Source of the DNA: Mobula hypostoma
Taxonomy: Eukaryota
Assembly (NCBI RefSeq): GCF_963921235.1
Contig: NC_086097.1
Span: 86,058,001-86,122,000, forward strand
DNA: 64,000 nucleotides
Reading direction: 5' to 3'
Under the pieces are notes generated by a model. The model worked only from the letters and a program-made list of their open reading frames with translations, did no database searches and had not been told where the DNA came from. The position numbers were made by a program, and so were the translations under genes. This document shows, one piece after another, positions 40,455-52,957 of the stretch (position 1 is its first letter; each line of letters starts with the position of its first letter).

Positions 40455-42351
40455 ATACTCCAAATTAGGCCTCACCAATGTTATACAACTCCAACATAAC
40501 ATCTCAACTCCTGTACTCAATACATTGATTTATGAGGGCTAATGTGCCAAAAGCTTACTTTATGACCCTATCTACCTGTGATGACACTTTCAATGATACC
40601 TGGACCTGTACTTCCATATTCCTTTGTTCTACCACACTCCTCAGTGCCCTACCCTGGTTGGTCCTACTGAAGTGCAACACCCCACACTTGTCTGCATTAA
40701 ATCCCATCTGCCCATTTTTCCAGCTAGTCCAGATCCCACTGGAAGCTCTGATAGTTTTCCTCGCTGTCCATGGCACCTCCATTCTTGGTGTCATCTGCAA
40801 ATTTGCTGGTCCAGTTAACCACATTATCATCCAGATCATTGATATAGATGACAAACAATAATGGACCCAGCTCTGATCCCTGTGGCACTCCACTATTCAC
40901 AGGCCTCCAGTTAAAGATTTAGCCATCTACTACCAATCTCTGGCTTCTCTCACACTTACAAAGGAGCCCATGTCTAATCCAATTTACTACCTCATCTTGA
41001 ATGGTGAGCGACTGAACCTTGTTGATCAACCTCCCATGTGGGACCTTGTCAAATGCTTTTCTGAAGTCCATGTGTAATACATCCATGGCCTTGCCTTCAT
41101 CAACTTTCCAGTAACTTCCTCGAGAAACTCTATAAGATTAGTTCAACATGACCTACCATGCATGAAACCATGCTGATTATCCATGTTGTTATATATCAAA
41201 TTGTTATATATCCGGTTTTGCAGAATACCTTCCAATAACTTTCCCATTACTGATGTCAGGCTCACCAGCCTATAATTTCCTGGTTTATTTTTCGAGCCTT
41301 TCTTGAAAAGCAGAATAACATTGGCTATCCTCCAATCCTTTGGTACCTCAGCTGTTGTTAAGGACGATTTAAATTTCTCTGCTAGGGTCCCAACAGTTTC
41401 TGCACCTGCCTCCTGCAGGGTCCGAGAGAAAACATTGTCAGACCCTGGGTATTTATCCACCCTAGTTTGCCTCAGGACATCAAGCACCTCCTCCTCTGTA
41501 AGTGCTGAAAAGAAGATAGTTAGCAAGTCAACTGAATCTGTGGAAAGAAGAACAGCTGACACTTCGAGCTTAATAACTCTAGTAGGTGCTGAAATGATGT
41601 ATAACTATTCCTGCCACTGGAATATTATAGTTGTACAAGAGAAGAGCTCGCAAGCCTGCAATTTGAAATCAGTTCAGTAGTTCAAACAACTAAATGGAAA
41701 TCAAGAAACAGATCTCCAAGGGGCAGACATATCAAAGGGCCCTGTTCACAAAATCCACAACACCCCTTCAAGGAAGTGTAGGCTTGAAATTCATTCATGC
41801 GACTCCAAAGCAAGTAATGCATTGGAGTTGAAAATAAATCGGGCAAAACCTGGTGAGGAGTAATTTTGCATGCATTAGCACCCACCAGTAAATTAATTTC
41901 CTCCCTCTCATTCCAACTAGCACTCTTTTTCAGATGTGGCAACGGCCCGAAATGGACTTGAAGGTAGCAAACAGGCCCTCCTCCAGCTCTCATGTGTAGG
42001 GCATAATCCTTTTCCCCGCACATGATCCATTTCACCCCATCCCTACATATACACGCGCCTATTTAAAAGCCTCTTGACACCTCTATCACTGGTTCCTCCA
42101 CCACCCTGGCAGTGTGTTCCAGCCATCTATTTCTCTGTAGATAACCTATTTTGCACATCCCCTTTCAACTTTTCTCCTCTCATGTTAAAACTCTGCCCTG
42201 AAGTATCCAATATTTCTATCCCAGGAAAAATATTCTCAGCTGTCTATCCTATTTATTCTCATCATTTTATAAACTTCTTTCAGGTATCTCAACATCATCT
42301 GCTATTTCAGAAAAAAACAATCCAAGTTTTTCCAACTTCTCTTTATAGTTC

Positions 42352-43765
42352 ATAATACCATATGACCATAAGATATAGGAGCAGAAGTAGGCCATTCGGC
42401 CCATCGAGTCTGCTCCTCCATTCAATCATGGGCTGATCCAATTCTTCCAGTCATTCCCACTCCCCGGCCTTCACCCCATACCCTTTGATGCCCTGGCTAA
42501 TCAAGAACCTATCTATCTCTGCCTTAAATACACCCAATGACTTGGCCTCCACAGCTGGTCGTGGCAACAAATTCCACAGATTTACCACCCTCTGATTAAA
42601 GTAATTTCTCCGCATCTCAGTTCTAAATGGAAGTCCTTCAATCCTGAAGTCATGCCTTCTTGTCCTCGGATCCTCTACCATGGGAAATAACTTTACCATA
42701 TCTAATCTGTTCAGGCCTTTTAACATTCAGAATGTTTCTATGAGATCCCCCCTGCACTCTCCTGAACTCCAGGGAATACAGGCCAAGAGCTGTCAGACAT
42801 TCCTCATATGGTAACCCTTTCATTCCTGGGATCATTCTTGTGAATCTTCTCTGAACCCTCTCCAATGTCAATATATCCTTTCTAAAATAAGGAGCCCAAA
42901 ACTGCACACAATACTCCAAGTGTGGTCTCACGAGTGCCTTATAGAACCTCAACATCACATCCCTGCTTTTATATTCTATATCTCTAAAAATGAATGCCAA
43001 TATTGCATTTGCCTTCTTCACAACCGACTTTACCCAGAGGTTAACCTTTAGGGTATCTTGCACGAGGACTCCCAAGTCCCTTCGCATCTTTGCATTTTGA
43101 CTTCTCTCCTCATCTAAGTAATAGTTTGCCCGTTTATTTCTTCCACCGAAGTGCATGACCATACACTTTCCAACATTGTATTTCATTTGCCACTTCTTTG
43201 CCCCTTCCCCTAAACTATTTAAGTCTCCCTGTTTCCTCAACACCACCTGCTCCTCCACCTATCTTTGTATCATTGGCAAATTTGGCCACAAATCCATTAA
43301 TATCGTAGTCCAAATCATCGTAAAAAGCAACGGTCCCAACACCGACCCCTGTGAACTCCACTGGTAACCGGCAGGCAGCCAGAATAGGATCCCTTTATTC
43401 CCACTCTCTGTTTTCTGCTGACCAGCCAATGCTCCACACATACTGGTAACTTCCCTGTAATTCCATGGGTTCTTATTTTGTTAAGCGGCACCTTGTGAAA
43501 GGCCTCGTGAAAATCCAAGTACAGTACGTCTACTGCATCTCTTTTGTCTACCCTGCTTGTAATTTCCTCAAAGAGTTGCAGTAGATTTGTCAGGCAGGAT
43601 TTTCCTTTCAGGAAACCATGCTGGCTTTGGCATATCTTGTCATGTGCCTCCAGGTACTCTGTAATCTCATCCCTAACAATCAATTCCAACAACTTCCCAA
43701 CCACTGACGTCAGGCTAACAGGTCTATAGTTTCCTTTCTGCTGCCTCCCACCCTTCTTAAATAGC
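42352..43765 (-). mobile_element. Younger 5'-truncated CR1
   Basis: ORFs 42451-43258 and [15 protein letters not shown]; tail cataataccatatgaccataag. Similar to 58823-60166. Confidence 0.88.
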
Positions 43766-44464
43766 AGAAAAAGAAGCACCCTTCTTAAATGCAGGCAACA
43801 CCTTGGTAAACCTCTTCTTTCCAAAGCCTTCACGTCCTTCCTGTAATGGAGTGACCAGAATTGCACACAATACTCGAAGTGTGGTCTAACCAAAATGTCA
43901 TATTGCTACATCATGACTCTCTGATTCTTACACTCCTAGCAATGAAGGCAAGCATGCCAAATGCCATCTTTACCATTCTATCTACTTGCCTTGCCACTTT
44001 TAGGAAGGCATCAACTTAGACTCCAGGTGTCCTTCTGTACATCAATGCTGTTAAGTATTCTACCATTAACTGTATCCTTTCCCCTTGCATTTGACCTCCC
44101 AAAGTGCAAAACTTCATTCTTGTCCCAACTAAACTCCTTCTTCCCTTTCTCTGTATACATCTGTAACTGATCTACATCTGTCTCCTCTGATATCTTTCTT
44201 CTATGTTGGCAACTCCTACAATTTTTGCATTGTGTGCAAATTTACTAACCAAATCTTCTACATTTTCATCCAAGCCATCGATATAATACAAACAACAGAG
44301 GTCACCCAGAACCTGACTGGTCACAAACTTCCAGCCAAAGTAACAATCTTCACTACCATCCTCTGTTTTCTATGGGCAAGCCAATCCTGATTCCAAGCTA
44401 TAAAGTCACCGTGGATCCCTTGTGCCTGAATCTTCGTGATCAACCTGCAATGTTGTTGTTTCGT

Positions 44465-44768
44465 AAGGCATTCACACTTCTAATTGAAGTTTGGCAGATG
44501 CGAGTCTGTCCGTTCAGGAGCCAGGTTTGGGTCACCCTTTTTCAGTTCTTCACCTCTTCTGTCTATCTCCTCCTAGCTTCTTACTTCATTCCACTTCCCT
44601 ACCTTCTTATTCCGGCTTCTGATCCTTCCATTCCATTTTGGATGAAGGGTCTCGGCCTGAAATGTCAACTGTTTATTCCTCTCCATAGATGCTGCCCAAC
44701 CTGCTACGTTTCTCCGTGCTTTTGTGTGTGTTCCTCAAGATTTCCAGTCTCTGCTGAATCACTTGTGC
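44465..44768 (+). mobile_element. Penelope-derived fragment with degenerate hammerhead
   Basis: GATGA-agggtctcggcct-GAAATGTC-aactg at 44641-44671, then the same 3' body as 40329-40454. Confidence 0.65.
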
Positions 44769-46064
44769 CTTTCTAAAGTTTATGTAGATGACAGCCACAG
44801 CCCTCCCTGCATCTATTGCTTGGTGACTTCCTTTAAAAACCTGATCACATTTAAAAGATGTTACCTGCTGCACATAAAGCCATGGTGAACCATGACATTG
44901 CCCCTAAACTATGCTATTTAAATGACCGAATCTATTCGTCTTCATTTGGGATATCTCACAATTTCAATAAAAATCTCATGCACCTGGACTGCCTTGCCTG
45001 TGGAAACGAAATTCAGGGTTTGTCTTTGCTTCCTAGCCCCAGGATCATTCCAGGCCACTGCCACAGCTGACAATGCGCTGCTCAGTGAGTGAGCACAGCA
45101 ACTTCTATACCCAAAGAGAGGAGACTTTGTCTATGCTTCCCTCCCCCCACAGGAGAAGACAGAGCAGGAATCAAGCATTAAACATCCTCAATCAAAGCAT
45201 GTTAAGCTTTCCTGGGATCTTTCTGCCAAAAATATGGCTACTGCATGGAGTTTTTTCATGAGCTGCATGTGCAAAGCACATTCTTCTGTGATACCCCGGG
45301 AGCATTCTTCCACCAACACCTCCATCCCCCTCTTAACGCAATCCTCCATTACAATATCTACTCACTTGCAACACATCCAGGCAGCTGGCCCCTTTGGGAG
45401 CTGATATTAGTTTTCTGCAGGAGAGAAGTTGCAGGAAGGATGCGTAGCCCAAAGGGAACATCTCTGAAAAAAATGGGCTAATGAGGGCAGTTAGTCTTAA
45501 CTCTTTCTCCTTCCGCAGATGCTGCTGACCTTCTGAGTTTTTCCTAACGGCGTAAAGTGAAACACTTCCTGTGCTAGAAGTACACTTTAGAAATAACTCA
45601 GAACCTGTTTATCTTACAGTGTATTTCCAGCACGTTCAGTTTTCTAAATCTAATTTAAGATCTAATTTACCTTTTTTTGCACAATTCTAGATAACTCAGG
45701 CACATCCGCCCTTACAATAAACACTGACTACATAAAAAAATCTATGCTAAGATTTATTATGTTTTCCATTTGCTCGATATGCAAGTTTTAAAATTACTGT
45801 ACAAGAGCATTTCAGGGTTGAAAGACTCTCAATGGATAAGAATAACTAATGTAATATTGCTGTATATTTTAATGTTCTGGCAGCACTGATTTATTACTAT
45901 AAAACAACTGATTCTGCAAAAGAAACTGCTGCTTTGAGAAAAGTCACAGCGCTGGCTGCTTCTCATGGCTTGGAACATTTCTCTGTCATTATTCCCCTCC
46001 CCAATGTCACCAACTCTGGGCTGGAGATTCACCTCAGCTCAATAGCTGCTGTAACACACACCCA

Positions 46065-46687
46065 CAGTACTGTGCAAAAGTCCTAGGCACATGTATATAA
46101 CTGGGGTATCTGACTTTTTATATGGTACTATAGTAATTTTATGCATTGCACTGTAATGCTGAAACAAAAAAAATTATGACATCTGTGAGTGATGATAAAC
46201 CTGATTCTGATATGGGTCTTCACTGTGGACTGAGAGTGGGAAGGGGTCAAGGAGAGGGAAATCATGGTTGGGAAAAGGAGAAGGGAGAGAGGAGGGAGAG
46301 GGAAGCACTAGAGAGACATTCTGTATGATCAATAAACCAATTGTTCAGAATCAAATGACCTTGCCTGGTGTCTCAGGGCTGGGTGTCTCTGCACCTATGC
46401 CACAGAAATGAATCTCAAGGTTACATATGGTAAATATACGTACTTTGATAATTAAGTTTACTTTACTTTTCTTTATCCCCACCTCCCCGGCACTCCTTCT
46501 CTGCCACCTGTCCTACAGCCCTCCAGCAGCACTCCACCCTCGCCACTCCCATCATCCTTTGCTCCCACCAGAGTTACAAACTCGCACTCAACTCGACGTT
46601 GACAACTACAGTACTGTTCAAACGTCCGAGGTACTCTTAATATATATACATAGACACACATGTGCTTAAGACTTTTGCACAGTACTG
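46065..46687. mobile_element. Composite Tc1/mariner-type MITE
   Basis: Long TIRs CAGTACTGTGCAAAAGTCcTAgGCACATGT and ACATGTGCtTAAGACTTTTGCACAGTACTG. The TA target dinucleotides are eroded (CA/TT). Confidence 0.75.
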
Positions 46688-47054
46688 TTGCTCCATCAGC
46701 AAGTACTCCTGTGCTGAACCCAGAGAGAGTCAGGGCAGTAATGAAACCTATGCATCAACCACTCCAGCTAGAAGCTGAATCCAGTCACAGTTTCTGTGAG
46801 TGCAGAATGATTAATCATTCAGCTTTGTGATTTACTAGCTTAGACTATTTTGGGAATATACTCCCTTCAGTTAATATTACAGCAAGTCAACATTGTTTGA
46901 TCATTCCCCACTACACCACAGGCTGCAACGGTTCCTTCCCACACCATTATCTCTCGTCTCAATACCAATACATGCACCAATCATTCTTCCTTATGCCGTA
47001 TCGCAGCAGGGCCCACAATAAGCATAAAGTCACCAGCTCTGCATTGTGCGGCAG

Positions 47055-47330
47055 CAACATACACAAAATGCTGGTCGGGAGGTATATATGGAAAGGAGTA
47101 AATATTTGATGGCTTGGGGTGAGACCCTTCATCACAGCTGGAGAAAAATGAGAAGTCAGAGTATGAAGGTGGGGGGAGTGGAGGAAGAAGTACAAGATGG
47201 TAGGTGATGGGTGAAACCGGGACATGGGGAGGGGATGAAGTAAAGAGCTGGGAAGTTGATTGGTGAAAGAGATAAAGGGATGGAGGAGGGGGAATCTGAT
47301 TGGAGAGGGTAGAAGGCCATGGAATAAAGG
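47055..47330 (-). mobile_element. Penelope-derived fragment
   Basis: Reverse TGATGAagggtctcacccc at ~47116-47134 and a pyrimidine-rich pLTR-like body on the minus strand. Confidence 0.6.
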
Positions 47331-48597
47331 GCTGCATTATATAGCCTTGGTCCCCAGCACCCATACAATAATATGCAGGTCATGTTCAGCTGCTCCCCAT
47401 TACAACACACATCTTGTGCACTCATTTGCATCCACCAGAATTTCTATCCCATGATACGTCATCACCGTGAGGACTAAGTCACAGATAATGAGATCTCCCA
47501 AGAGGTTTCAGAGAATGATGGGACACAAGGTATGATTGGGAAATATGGAAGAGCTGGTGCAGATCCTACTCATTTCAAGAACTTTCACATTTCTAATTTT
47601 TGCTTTTACCTCATGGACTCTTTAGGATGCCAGTCCTCGATTTACATAGTTTTATTTGCTATGGCAGGAAGCAAGCCAACCTCCACACATTCTTTGCTTC
47701 CTCACATTCCATTTTAACTTCCTCAAGCTCACAGTACCCTGCTTGTAATGACCAACCCACAATTTGTTTTGTGCATCTTTCGATATATGCTGAAAGTTAG
47801 TTTATGTTTCTGAGTATTAAAAGAAGTGAAAGTAAAAAAAAAACATACAGATGCCAAAAGTCTGAAATAATCACAGAATTTACAGGTAATGTTCAGCATC
47901 TGTCAAAAGAGAAATTGAGTTAATGTATCAGGCCAAAGAACCTTCACTACAACTGGAAAGTAAAGGAAAGGAAACTAGCAGTACTTAGGGTTGGTTGTTG
48001 GAAGGATTCTGAAATGTTAAGGGCAATAAACGTTTTCATTAGCACAGAAACTAGTCTATTCAAGTTAATTAAATAATGTGCAAATTAGTTATGTAGATCA
48101 TAGTGTGGAACAAAAGAAAGAACATTGAATATAATGGGCTGTTGTTCATATCTCTTGAGGGCCAGAGATAAATAAAAGATCAATTAAATTGAATCAACAT
48201 GTTAAAATATTTCCTCAATTACCCAAACTATCAAACAAAATAACTCTCTAAACTGTAATTTTACCAAATTGTTTCAAGTCATAAGACAGAGTTATTTTAA
48301 TGTGGAACTGCAAATAAAACATCAATTATTTTAATTTGGAAATGAGGCAAATTAACTATTCACTTTATGACTGCAACTGCTAAATATATGGATCAACTGG
48401 CAGAAAAGGTTTTCAATAATCGAGTAGTTCCATTCAAAGCATTGTAACTCATCCCATAATTGAGCTTTAGGGAAATATTTAAGGAAACAGAGGATAAGAT
48501 ATTGGATATCATTGAGAGAATATCATTAAAACATTGTAGCATGCTTGAATATGCTAATTATGGAGGTATAACTTCCAACTCAATATTCAATTGAGAG

Positions 48598-48650
48598 TTA
48601 ACAAATTTCACGACACATGCCGGTGATAATAAACCTGATTCTGATTCTGA
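48598..48650 (+). repeat. Isolated Rex1-type 3' tail
   Basis: acaaatttcacgacacatgccggtgataataaacctgattctgattctga: AATAAA plus (GATTCT)n. Confidence 0.65.
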
Positions 48651-48964
48651 ATTGCCGGGATTTAAAAAGCATGGTGCTCTGTTTGCATTGACAAAAACTG
48701 CTTTGTTGACCAGCACTATTCCAACATCAAGCATCTATTGGCTATTTGTCTGGCAGACTAATAACCTGGGTATGACCTTTAACGTGCTACTCCAACATTG
48801 GATGATTGAAATTACAGCTCACTCAGTTTGCACCAATCATCAAGCACTCATTGCCACATTAATCTTATACTAATCCATTTCTCCCCACATTCCCATTAAT
48901 GTTACTCTCTGCCATTCCCACCCCATCTCCCCAAAACTCATATACTACCACATTTCAACACTCT

Positions 48965-49145
48965 GGGGTCAAGTTGCGTTTGTCATTACCCATACGTCTT
49001 TTTGGAATGTGAGTGGAAATGAGTGTGTCCGGAAGAAACCCACACAATCACAGGGAGCACTTGCAAACTCCATATAGACATCAGAGTTAACCATGGACTG
49101 TGGAGCTGTGAAGAAGCAGTTCTACTAGTTGTGTCGCTGTGCCAC
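48965..49145 (-). mobile_element. Degenerate V-SINE
   Basis: Reverse V-domain ccggaagaaacccacacaatcacagggagcacttgcaaactcc. Confidence 0.6.
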
Positions 49146-49342
49146 AACTGGTGTGCACTTCACACTGGAACACAGTGAGGATAATGACAGTAGATATCTC
49201 TGAAGTACTGGCAGAGAGACGAGGAAGACCTCATGTAAGCAACAGCAGAAAGAAACGATATAATGTGTCAGCCAAGTTCTCAAGTCTGTACGAACTGATC
49301 TCTACAGATACTCTGTACTGACAGGAGTGACTGGGTGAAGTC

Positions 49343-50535
49343 CTAAGGCTTTTGACAAGGTCCCACACAGGAGATTAGTGTGCAAACTTAAAGCACACGG
49401 TATTGGGGGTAAGGTATTGGTGTGGGTGGAGAATTGGTTGGCAGACAGGAAGCAAAGAGTGGGAATAAACGGGACCTTTTCAGAATGGCAGGCGGTGACT
49501 AGTGGGGTACCGCAAGGCTCAGTGCTGGGACCCCAGTTGTTTACAATATATATTAATGACTTGGATGAGGGAATTGAATGCAGCATCTCCAAGTTTGCGG
49601 ATGACACGAAGCTGGGTGGCAGTGTTAGCAGTGAGGAGGATGCTAAGAGGATGCAGGGTGACTTGGATAGGTTGGGTGAGTGGGCAAATTCATGGCAGAT
49701 GCAATTTAATGTGGATAAATGTGAAGTTATCCACTTTGGTGGCAAAAATAGGAAAACAGATTATTATCTGAATGGTGGCCGATTAGGAAAAGGGGAGGTG
49801 CAACGAGACCTGGGTGTCATTATACACCAGTCATTGAAAGTGGGCATGCAGGTACAGCAGGCGGTGAAAAAGGCGAATGGTATGCTGGCATTTATAGAGA
49901 GAGGATTCGAGTACAGGAGCAGGGAGGTACTACTGCAGTTGTACAAGGCCTTGGTGAGACCACACCTGGAGTATTGTGTGCAGTTTTGGTCCCCTAATCT
50001 GAGGAAAGACATCCTTGCCATAGAGGGAGTACAAAGAAGGTTCACCAGATTGATTCCTGGGATGGCAGGACTTTCATATCAAGAAAGACTGGATGAACTG
50101 GGCTTGTACTCGTTGGAATTTAGAAGATTGAGGGGGGATCTGATTGAAACGTATAAAATCCTAAAGGGATTGGACAGGCTAGATGCAGGAAGATTGTTCC
50201 CGATGTTGGGGAAGTCCAGAACGAGGGGCCACAGTTTGAGGATAGAGGGGAAGCCTTTTAGGACCGAGATTAGGAAAAACTTCTTCACACAGAGAGTGGT
50301 GAATCTGTGGAATTCTCTGCCACAGGAAACAGTTGAGGCCAGTTCATTGGCTATATTTAAGAGGGAGTTAGATATGGCCCTTGTGGCTACAGGGGTCAGG
50401 GGGTATGGAGGGAAGGCTGGGGTGGGGTTCTGAGTTGGATGATCAGCCATGATCATAATAAATGGCGGTGCAGGATCGAAGGGCCGAATGGCCTACTCCT
50501 GCACCTATTTTCTATGTTTCTATGTTTCTAAGGCT
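49343..50535 (+). mobile_element. Young 5'-truncated CR1 with TSD
   Basis: Uninterrupted RT C-terminal frame to stop 50433 (VPQGSVLGP, KFADDTK, RPHLEYCVQFWSP), (TTTCTATG)n tail, and CTAAGGCT repeated at 49343-49350 and 50528-50535. Confidence 0.93.
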
Positions 50536-50853
50536 AAATGTCTACCTTTCAAGTTTTCAACAGCAGCCAGCAGAAAATGATACTTTAAATGACAAAGTAA
50601 TGGAGCAACCATTAACAAGCAAAACTTTGCAGTAATCGGATTGGTGATCGACTGCATCTAAAAATGGGACAACAATGCGTATACTAGTACCTGTCACTTG
50701 AAACTTAAAGCCCCAAAAATGGAAGTCAGACCCAGTAAAAATGCCATTAAAATGTTCTCAGCCTGTGCACTAAGTGTAAAAGTGGCTTTTGAATCTGATA
50801 TCTGAAGAAGAATTAATTCCATTCACAAAATCGTGGGTGCTTTTTATTGTCAC
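50513..50853 (+). repeat. 341-bp direct duplication, copy 1
   Basis: Identical by eye to 55808-56148 (offset 5295). Confidence 0.93.
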
Positions 50854-51713
50854 TGTTACGTACCCCGTAACTGGGTTGCCAAACCAGCAGAAATGGATCA
50901 CTCAGTTGGAGTCTGGAGTACTAGAACTAAGAAAGTTTTATTAAAGAAACAAGCAACACAGTAATCGAAAGGATAATAAATGCAACAGTTCAGCGATGAT
51001 AAACACACATGTGCACAGAATTAAGATAACAGCATCAATCAAGCTCTATCGTTGTCTAGGGGTAAATGACCAAATTTCAAAGTGACTCAAAGTTCAGTCC
51101 AGTTTAGTAGTTCAGTTCGCAGTAATCGTTGCCATGGCGATGGACAACGTGGGGGAAGAGAGAGAGGGAACAGGAACAACTGATCATTCAGACACGGCTT
51201 CACTCACAGACCGGCGAGATGGCTCACAAGCAGCTTTTGGGCGGGTCCTTGGTGATGTCACCTGAGGTCACCGACTGTGACCCATCCTCCAGATGCGGTC
51301 GATCCTCTGCAGTGAACCCGGCACCCAGGCAAGGGCGGACACACACCGGGTTCCCGCTGATCGTACCTTTCCACCCTGGCCGTTGTCTGGTACTTCCCAC
51401 CGACTCGTGAGAAGTGTACCGCTTCCAGGGTCTCGTTACCTCGGGTGGTGTGTGTCCTGCCTTAGCAAACCGGTCCCTTTTTATCCCCCTGCTGGGGTAT
51501 CGCCTGTCCATCACTTCAAACAGTTCAGGGTTCAAAGGGGGAGCCGCTCCAGACAGCTCTCTCTCCCACGTCCCTTCATTACACATCTCCAGACGCTGCT
51601 CCATTGTTCCTTATCTCTCCTTCCCCTGAAGGCAGGTGGCAGACCACTTGCTGATGTCACTGATGCTAACCTAGGCCAGCAAACATCTTAATTTTATGTG
51701 TATTCTCGTCACA
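50854..51713 (-). repeat. 3' LTR (860 bp, complete)
   Basis: TGTTACG...CGTCACA inverted ends. Minus-strand AATAAA at 50937-50942. Confidence 0.92.
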
Positions 51714-51730
51714 CTTCCCCCCTTTAAGGA
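51714..51730 (-). other. Polypurine tract
   Basis: cttcccccctttaagga reads AAAGGGGGGAAG on the minus strand, abutting the 3' LTR. Confidence 0.85.
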
Positions 51731-51834
51731 TTTTTACCGGGAGGTAAAAATTACAAACATGAATACATTATTTGATACATACACAAATATACATCTTTAT
51801 CAGCTATTTGGCTAACACAGCGAGTTTGAAGCTG

Positions 51835-52957
51835 TCAACACCTTGACAGACAGTCATCGCATTTTCTGTTCCTTTTACATGGGTTATTAATAATCCCTTA
51901 GACCAGACTCCAACTCAGCAAACTTCATAGTGGCCAAAAACACTGATGAATTGCGACCAATGTAACCTCTCATTTGGTTTTGTCCCGGACCACAATAATA
52001 AGGGTCGTCCCATTCCGACTCAGTTTTCTCTCGCAAGGGCTTAGTAGGAGGGGGACGGGTATTGACCGCAGAGTTATTGCAAAACTTCCTGCAGTACCCC
52101 ACCATCTCCAAGAGCCTTCTGAGGGCCCTCTTGTCTGTCGGGGTTGGGAGGTCAGCGATAGCCTGCACTGTAGCTTGCATCGCTGCCAGCTGCCCCTGTG
52201 TCACCACAATTCCCAGGTAAGTGACCTTCGTGTGGCCGAACTCATTTTTTTCAAGGTTCACTATCAAGCTGGCTTCAGACAGTCGTATTACTTTGCCAAT
52301 ACACACCTCTGTGTTCGTCAGCCCTTTTGTCACTGAATTACTCATTCTATATGGTTGTTGCTCGCTAGATTAGCCTAGTGGAACAAACACCACCCAACGT
52401 CCCAGTTCTTTGCATCGCCTCGGGACAATCAAACACACGTGTGCGAGTCGTTTAGTTACTTCTCCTAAAGAGTCGCTTTGTTCGGGGATTAAGGGAGAGA
52501 CCTTATCAGCAGCGCTGGCCAAAACAATAGCCTTCTCCCATCTGGTCGATACCATACTCATCTTTTCAAAATGGTTTTTTTCTCTTATCAGGGGGACCCT
52601 AGCTTCATTGATTTCCGCGCTAACACCGACTAGGTTTATTAGCATATCAAAAGCCTGTGACCGTCTCAGTTCGCGTCGGCCATAATCAATAACATCCTTC
52701 CTCCGGTGCAGCCAGTAAACCTCTTTCATGATTCGACCAATTGTTCCCTCCAGTACCGCAAAATGTCCACCGGGGGGTACCTTGTGGGCCAGGTTAAAAA
52801 CCTCATCCCCATAACTCTTTTGCACCACCCCCCATTCCTCATCTGCGGGTACGGTACTTGGTCTCCCTTTCTTCCTTAGCACTTCCTCCTCCGCACAATA
52901 GCCTACTAGTTCCCTTGTTAAGTCTGTGTCAGAGAGAGCTGTCTCCGCCCAATCCAT
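51835..52957 (-). pseudogene. pol: Internally deleted pol remnant (INT zinc finger, RT C-terminus, RNase H end)
   Basis: LAHKVPPGGHF...YWLHRRKDV, then VNLEKNEFGHTKVTYLG...LPTPTDKRALRRLLEMVGYCRKF, then HVKGTEN..DCLSR near 51840-51880. No DDE core and no YxDD. Confidence 0.8.

Larger units (their letters stand above)
36385..41500 (-). mobile_element. CR1 split by an antisense CR1 (36385-36800 and 40181-41500)
   Basis: The sequence ending acatattccaa at 36797 continues as aaggaatgaagttctaacctattc at 40181. RT motifs KPGNYRLVSLTS, QHGF and RPNLEY. Confidence 0.75.
42055..44990 (-). mobile_element. Older CR1 (42055-42351 and ~43800-44990) hosting a younger CR1 and a Penelope fragment
   Basis: MVRPHFEYCVQFWS and further RT remnants, with the 3' part at 42055-42351. 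Confidence 0.65.

Noticed and set aside
41934..41963. 30-nt micro-exon candidate (tttttcag...aag/gtagca)
   Set aside because: Weak donor and too short to support without transcripts.
51129..51691. ORFs of 70-130 aa within the LTRs (also 55235-55759)
   Set aside because: GC-rich LTR sequence with no motifs; an indel changes frames between the two LTRs.
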